The translations under genes were made by a program, and so were the position numbers. This document shows positions 57,491 to 64,000 of a stretch of 64,000 nucleotides of DNA, piece after piece; position 1 is the first letter of the stretch; every line of letters starts with the position of its first letter. The notes beneath the pieces are model-generated. The model was not told the origin of the DNA, made no database searches, and saw only the letters and a list, made by a program, of their open reading frames with translations. Source of the stretch: the human T2T-CHM13v2.0 reference genome, Homo sapiens. The DNA lies in NCBI RefSeq assembly GCF_009914755.1, contig NC_060928.1, one strand, 5' to 3'.

Positions 57491-58937
57491 ACATGTGGTG
57501 TTCCTGGGCTGAATTGAGAATTATTATTGCTATCAGAAGAGTCAGGTTCAGATTATAGGCTTTCACCACTAGGAATTGTCGGACAGGGATGGAACCAGCA
57601 GCTAAACAGGTAGCCCTGCCATATATTTGACATAGAAACTTCTGTTTTTAAAAAGTTATGATTACTATATGCCATTTATTAAGCATTTCCTCATTCATGT
57701 GCAAGATCTTCATTATTTTTCTTCCTTTTTCTTTTCTTTAGTTTTTCTCTTTTTATTTCTTCCTTTCTATTTCTTTCTTTTTTCCCCTTGTTCAAATTAT
57801 ACTGATGATGACATGTAAATCATTAACCATTCTACAGGAAATAAACCATAGCCCTTACTTATTTAAAGTGACTTTATCAATTATTTCAGATGAGAAGGAA
57901 ACTGAGTTCCAAGAAGGGAGAATGACTGGTTTGAAGTTCCAAGGCTGTTTGGTGGATGAGCCAAAATGGGAGCCCCAGAGTCTTTGTCCAGTGCTTGCCT
58001 TCCCCCCAGACCATGAGAAGCCACTCCACTGAACTTTTTGAAATGTCATCATGCTGCCTGAGAAACTAAAATTTTGGTGGCTCGCAATGATGTCGTTACT
58101 CAAAGTGGTGCAGGCATTTCTCCTACAGAGTGACTTTTCACGATCTGAATTAGACACAATGCAGTATATTAATTTGGAGACTTATTTTGCATTACGTAAT
58201 CTGCTATTGATTAAAATGAACCATTGAGCAGTTTAGTCATGAAGAAAAATGCTGCTTCACATGCAGCACAGTTGTTTCGTTTGGGTGTCCCTGAACTTTC
58301 CAAGACCATAGCAAACTCTTTCCTCCTCAAGGACTTTGCATTAGCTGTTCCCTCTGCTTGGAATGCTCTTCCCCCAGGTCTTCTCTGTCTTCAGATCTCA
58401 GATTTCATGAGGCCTTTCCTGTCCATGCATTCTGAAGCGAGCCCTTCCTGTTAACTTCCCTCTCGGTGTCTTACCTAGTTCCTTTATCACATATCAAAAT
58501 CTATAATTATTGTATTGATTTGGTTGCTTACATGTATCATGTCTGTCACTCCCACTAGATTGGAAGATGGGAAGATTCTTGAAGTCAGAATTCTTACCCT
58601 TCTTAGTCACTATGACAGCCCCAACATTTAGAACAATGCCTCATGCAGAGCAGAAATTTTTGATAGACAATTGCTAAGTAGATAAAAACAGATGGTAAGA
58701 ATGTATAACAACAGCTAGTAGTGACAGAAAAAGGAAAGAGATTGTTTTTGAGAGAAAAGCTAGGTGGAATCAAATGCCATATTTGTTCAGTTATGTTTCA
58801 TTTTTATAGCTATATGTTTTTAGTTAAAAAATACTCATTAATAAAATTCCTACAGGGGAAAAACAACTTTGTTATTGGAAGTCTGAAAAACTTCAGTACC
58901 TTATTTCTTCTTCCCATCGAAGTAATTACTCCTATAA

Positions 58938-59157
<220 letters not shown>

Positions 59158-59518
59158 GCACTTTTTTGGATATGAGATTTATTAAGACTCCCATTATTGC
59201 AGAATGGAGTATAATGCACATTCATTTCCTTCAAAACTCACTCCCCTCTTCTATAACAAATTTAAAAGTTCTCTGGATTTTAGTTGTCTCCTGAATATAG
59301 GGACCAGAGTGTTCATTCAAGGAGGCTTGCCTCTTATTTCAAATCGGTCTCAATATCTTATCTCATGAGTTTGCGGCATCAGTTGGCCACATATGAGCCC
59401 ATCTCACCACACTTCAGCAAAACTCTTTACACAATACCTGTTGCAATAAAAGATGGTGTGTAAGTTTTCATTTTCTAACTCAAATAATCTAACTCCAGAA
59501 ACTTATAGAGAACTGTTT

Positions 59519-59843
<325 letters not shown>

Positions 59844-61510
59844 GAGAACTGTTTTAAACAAGAATAATACTTTTTCTAATTTGTTTGGGCATGTGTAAGT
59901 GGGGAAAGTCACACCTGGGATGATTTGAAGCATTAGAGTTTTCTCCTGTTTTTCATAGCTCTTCCCTCCATGCTTTCTCCAATAGATCTCATTTCATGCT
60001 TTTCTGGACACCATAGCAAATGCCCTGGGGATACTGAAATGAATAACATATAGCCATTCTCTCCAAGCTCTCAGAATTTAAGAGGGGCGGGCTGTCTTTG
60101 TGTAATCTGGAAATGCAGCAGAAGTGAATTCTTTAATCATTTACAGGTTTTTCATATTCACATATCACTTATAAGTATATTACTCCGGAAACAAGAAATG
60201 TAATAACGATAGCTACCCTTACTTGAGTTTCAGGCACTGTACTAGGTACTTTACATATAAGAAGGCAGGTGAGGAGAAGGCAAAGGAGAAAGGGGATTAT
60301 TGGGTATCATACACAGGAGTTTGCATACAATATATCATGTATCCTCATAATAACTCTAGGAGATAAATGCTGTTATTGTTTCTACTTTGCATTTGATGAT
60401 ATTAAAGTGCAGAGATATTAAGTTACCAGCTCGACTGAGGGTCACATGAATACTGGGAGTTTTTAGTCCAGATCTGTCTGACTCCGGGGACCATGCTTCT
60501 AAGCACTGCATGGTACTATACTCCCCTGATGAGGAAACTGAACCTCAGAGATGTAAAATCCTCTGCCCCAGATCACAAAGCTCAGATTGCATAGAAATGA
60601 TAACTGAATCCAAATCTGATGTTAAATACATGATCTTTTCCCAAATCATGAGGAAGAGGAACATGTTCACAGGCACATATGCAAGGCTGGATCTGGTCCA
60701 GGATTTGTCAGTTATAGGAGCAGCAACATTTATTGGGGATATAATATGTGTCAGAAACACAAAGCATTTTATAGGATTAGCTGAGTTAACCTTCACAACT
60801 TTTTGGGGCAGGTAATTCTTCCACCCATTTTATGGATGAAGACATTAATGCATAGGGAGTTTAAGTCCCTGTTCAAAGCAACAGTGTTTATCTAGCCTCC
60901 ACTTCATTGCATTAGCCTTCAAATCCTGTATCACAAATGGGATCATTGATATTGAGGGTGAAAATTGAAATGGGAAGCACTACATTTCAAATAATAAAAG
61001 TACCCATAACGGTGCCAAACACAGAGACTAACTTCATATTTAGTGAATGAATTGAATTAAGCAAAGGAAGAATCAAAACAGGCAATTTTTCTCTTACAAT
61101 TGACTGCAAGGGAGAAGGAATCACCCTTCAAATACCTGGGTTTGAAATATAAAATAAGCCGCCGTCCAACAGACATAGAACAATAATGAAATTCTCATCA
61201 ACAACTTCTGGCTCTTTTTCTTACCATCCCAGTCCTCACTGTGGCTTTCTTCCAGTCATGTCCAAACTCGTTCTGTCCAAACCCCTCATGCCACATACCC
61301 CACTAGCATGCTCTAGACGTCCACCCTTCTCCCACCTTCCTTTCAAACGTATCCCTCCTGGAGTTGCTTGTAACCGTGATGATGATGAGGATATTTCAAA
61401 ATAGCTTGCATTTTACTGAAATGCTTACTCTATGACAGGTACTTTGCTAAGCTCTTTATTTTCATTCCCAAAACAAACAAAAAAATCTTCATTCATCCAT
61501 GAGGAGATTA

Positions 61511-61839
<329 letters not shown>

Positions 61840-62269
61840 AGAATAAAGAGTTTAAGTAACTTGTACAAGATCTAGCTAGGAAATATTAGAGCTCATTTTG
61901 CCAAGGAGCTGACTTAATACACAAATTCACCATAGATCTTAATGGTTGATAGTAGCTTCCTTCAACACTTGATTAATACATTAATTCAACAAAAGATCAC
62001 AGGCCTCCTTTGGTGTGCCAGACACTGACTGGTGCTTTCACAGGTATTCTATGACTGAAAACTCACATTGAATTAGATATCATGTTGATACACACAACTA
62101 TAAATAGGGAAATGATGGCTATATAATATCATTTGTATTGGTTCATATGTCATTTCTCCAAGGCAACAGAAACTGGAATAAAAGAAAGAATAGAATTCTA
62201 CCCCTCAACAGGCCAAAACCCATTAGCTAGATTCTGCATAGGCAGAAAGCACTTTCAGTTCTATTGTAT

Positions 62270-63019
62270 TTTTTTAATTGAACTTTTGATTTTGAGATAA
62301 TTATAAATATACATGCAGTTGTGAAAAAAACAATACAGAGAGTCTATGCATCCTTTACTCAATTTCCTCCATTAGCAACATCTTGCAAAACTAGAATGTA
62401 ACGTTACAATCAGGACATTGACATTGATGTAGTCAAGATCCAGGACAATTTCATCACCACACGGATCCTTTATGGCACCGTTTTATAGTCCAAACCATTT
62501 CCTCCCATTCCCATCTCCTTCTTAATCCCTGGAAATCACTAGTCTGTTCTCCATTTCTATAATTGTGTCATTTCAAAAATTTTATATAAATAAGATTGTA
62601 AGGTATGTAACTTTTTGGAATTAGCTCTTATTCACTCAGCATAATTCTCTGAAGATTGATCTAGGTTGTTGCTTGTATCATTAGTATGTTCATATTATAT
62701 TGCTTAGTAATATTGCATAATATAGATATAGCACAATTTGTTTAACCATTCACCCGTGGAAGGATATATCTGGGTATTTCCAGTTTTTGGCTGTTACACA
62801 TAAAGAAGCTATTTACATGTCTGAACAGGATTTTGTATGACCATAAGTCATCCTTTCTCTGAAATAAATACCTAGGATTGTAATTCCTTGGTCATATGAT
62901 AGTTGCATGTTTAGTGTTTTTTTAAAATTGTCAAACTGTTTTCCAGAGTTGCTATACCATTTTACATTTCCACCAGTAACATATGAATGATCCAGTTTAT
63001 TTATATCTTCATCACTAAC
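62270..63019 (-). mobile_element. L1MC-like 3' end, antisense
   Basis: ttttgagataattata...aacatcttgcaaaacta...aatttgtttaaccattcacc...ttccagagttgctataccattttacatttccaccag. Confidence 0.8.
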
Positions 63020-63328
63020 TGTATTAGTCTGTTTTGTGCTGCAGATAAAGGTATGCCCGAGACTAGGAAGAAAAAGAGATTAATTGGACTTACGGTTCCA
63101 CATGGCTGAAGAGGCCTCAGATTCATGGTGGGAGGCAAAAGGCAATTTTTACATGGCGGCGGCAAGAGAAAATGAGAAAGAAGCAAAAGCGGAAACCCCT
63201 GATAAACCCATCAGATCGCATGAGACTTACTCACTATCATGAGAATTGCACGGGAAAGACTGACCCCCATAATTCAATTACCTCCCCTTGGATTGAGATT
63301 TGCATGGGGACACAGCCAAACCATATCA
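63020..63328 (-). mobile_element. THE1 (THE1C-like) MaLR LTR
   Basis: tgtattagtc...gaagcaaaagcggaaacccctgataaacccatcagatc...gggacacagccaaaccatatca, with a short internal deletion near 63288. Confidence 0.9.
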
Positions 63329-64000
63329 TTCTTCCCCCGGCCCCTCCAAATCTCATGTCCTCACATTTCAAAACCAATCATGCCTTCCCAACAGTCCCCC
63401 AAAGTCTTAACTAATCTCAGCATTAACCCAAAAGTCCACAGCCAAAAGTCTCATCTGAAACAAGGCAAGTCCCTTCCACCTATGAGACTGTAAAATCAAA
63501 AGCAAGGTAGTTACTTCCTAGATACAATAGGGGTACAGGTATTGGGTAAATACAGCCATTTAAAATGTGAGATATTGGCCAAAACAAAGGGGTTACAAGG
63601 CTCATGCAAGTCCGAGATACAGTGGGGCAGTAAAATTTTAAAGCTCTAAAATGATCTCCTTTGACTCCAGGTCTCACATCCAGATCATGTTGATGCAAGA
63701 GGTAGCTCCCATAGTCTTGGGCAACTCGCCCTTGTGGCTTTGCAGGGTACAGCCTCCCTCCTGACTGCTTTCACAGGCTGGCATTGAGTGTCTGAGGCTT
63801 TTCCAGGTGCATGGTGCAAGCTGCTGGTGGATCTACCATTCTGGCATCTGGAGGACAGTGGCCCTCTTCTCACAGCTCCACTAGGTGTTGCCCCAGTAGG
63901 GGTTCCGTGTGGGGGCTCCAACCCCACATTTCCCTTCTGTACTACCCTAGCAAATGTTCTCCATGAGGGCCCCACCCCTACAGCAAACTTTTGCCTGGGT
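63329..64000 (-). mobile_element. THE1-int internal sequence, continuing beyond the window
   Basis: ccctccaaatctcatgtcctcacatttcaaaaccaatcatgccttcccaacagtcccccaaagtc directly abuts the LTR. Confidence 0.9.

Noticed and set aside
58084-58150. Box C/D snoRNA-like pattern (ATGATGt ... CTGA)
   Set aside because: Imperfect C box, no terminal stem, no recognisable guide sequence, and no + strand host intron evident.

Overview
Primate (human-like) genomic DNA containing the 3' part of CPEB2 (cytoplasmic polyadenylation element-binding protein 2) on the + strand. Eight coding exons can be assembled by hand: 10942-10992, the 24-nt microexon 18245-18268, 30195-30365, 31909-31998, 36202-36320, 36968-37082, 39860-40041 and 43934-44161. 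All have GT-AG boundaries and give one continuous frame encoding the tandem RRMs and the ZZ-type zinc-binding domain. A ~3.8 kb 3'UTR with no recognisable transposons follows, ending near 47931. The 5' exons lie upstream of the window. The introns and the ~16 kb downstream region are mostly decayed repeats: Alu, MIR, L1, L2, MER1B/MER2/MER5/MER58 DNA transposons and MLT1/THE1 LTRs. Most ORFs in the supplied track are repeat-derived or chance frames. The least expected observation is an old ~145-bp duplicated module (20114-20257 and 21095-21238) about 2-3 kb downstream of the neuronal microexon. Each copy has a polypyrimidine/UGC/AG acceptor in the CPEB2 reading frame, making them candidate cryptic, poison or alternative terminal exons. 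This is a sequence-based hypothesis only. Repeat subfamily names and most repeat edges come from remembered consensus sequences and are approximate.
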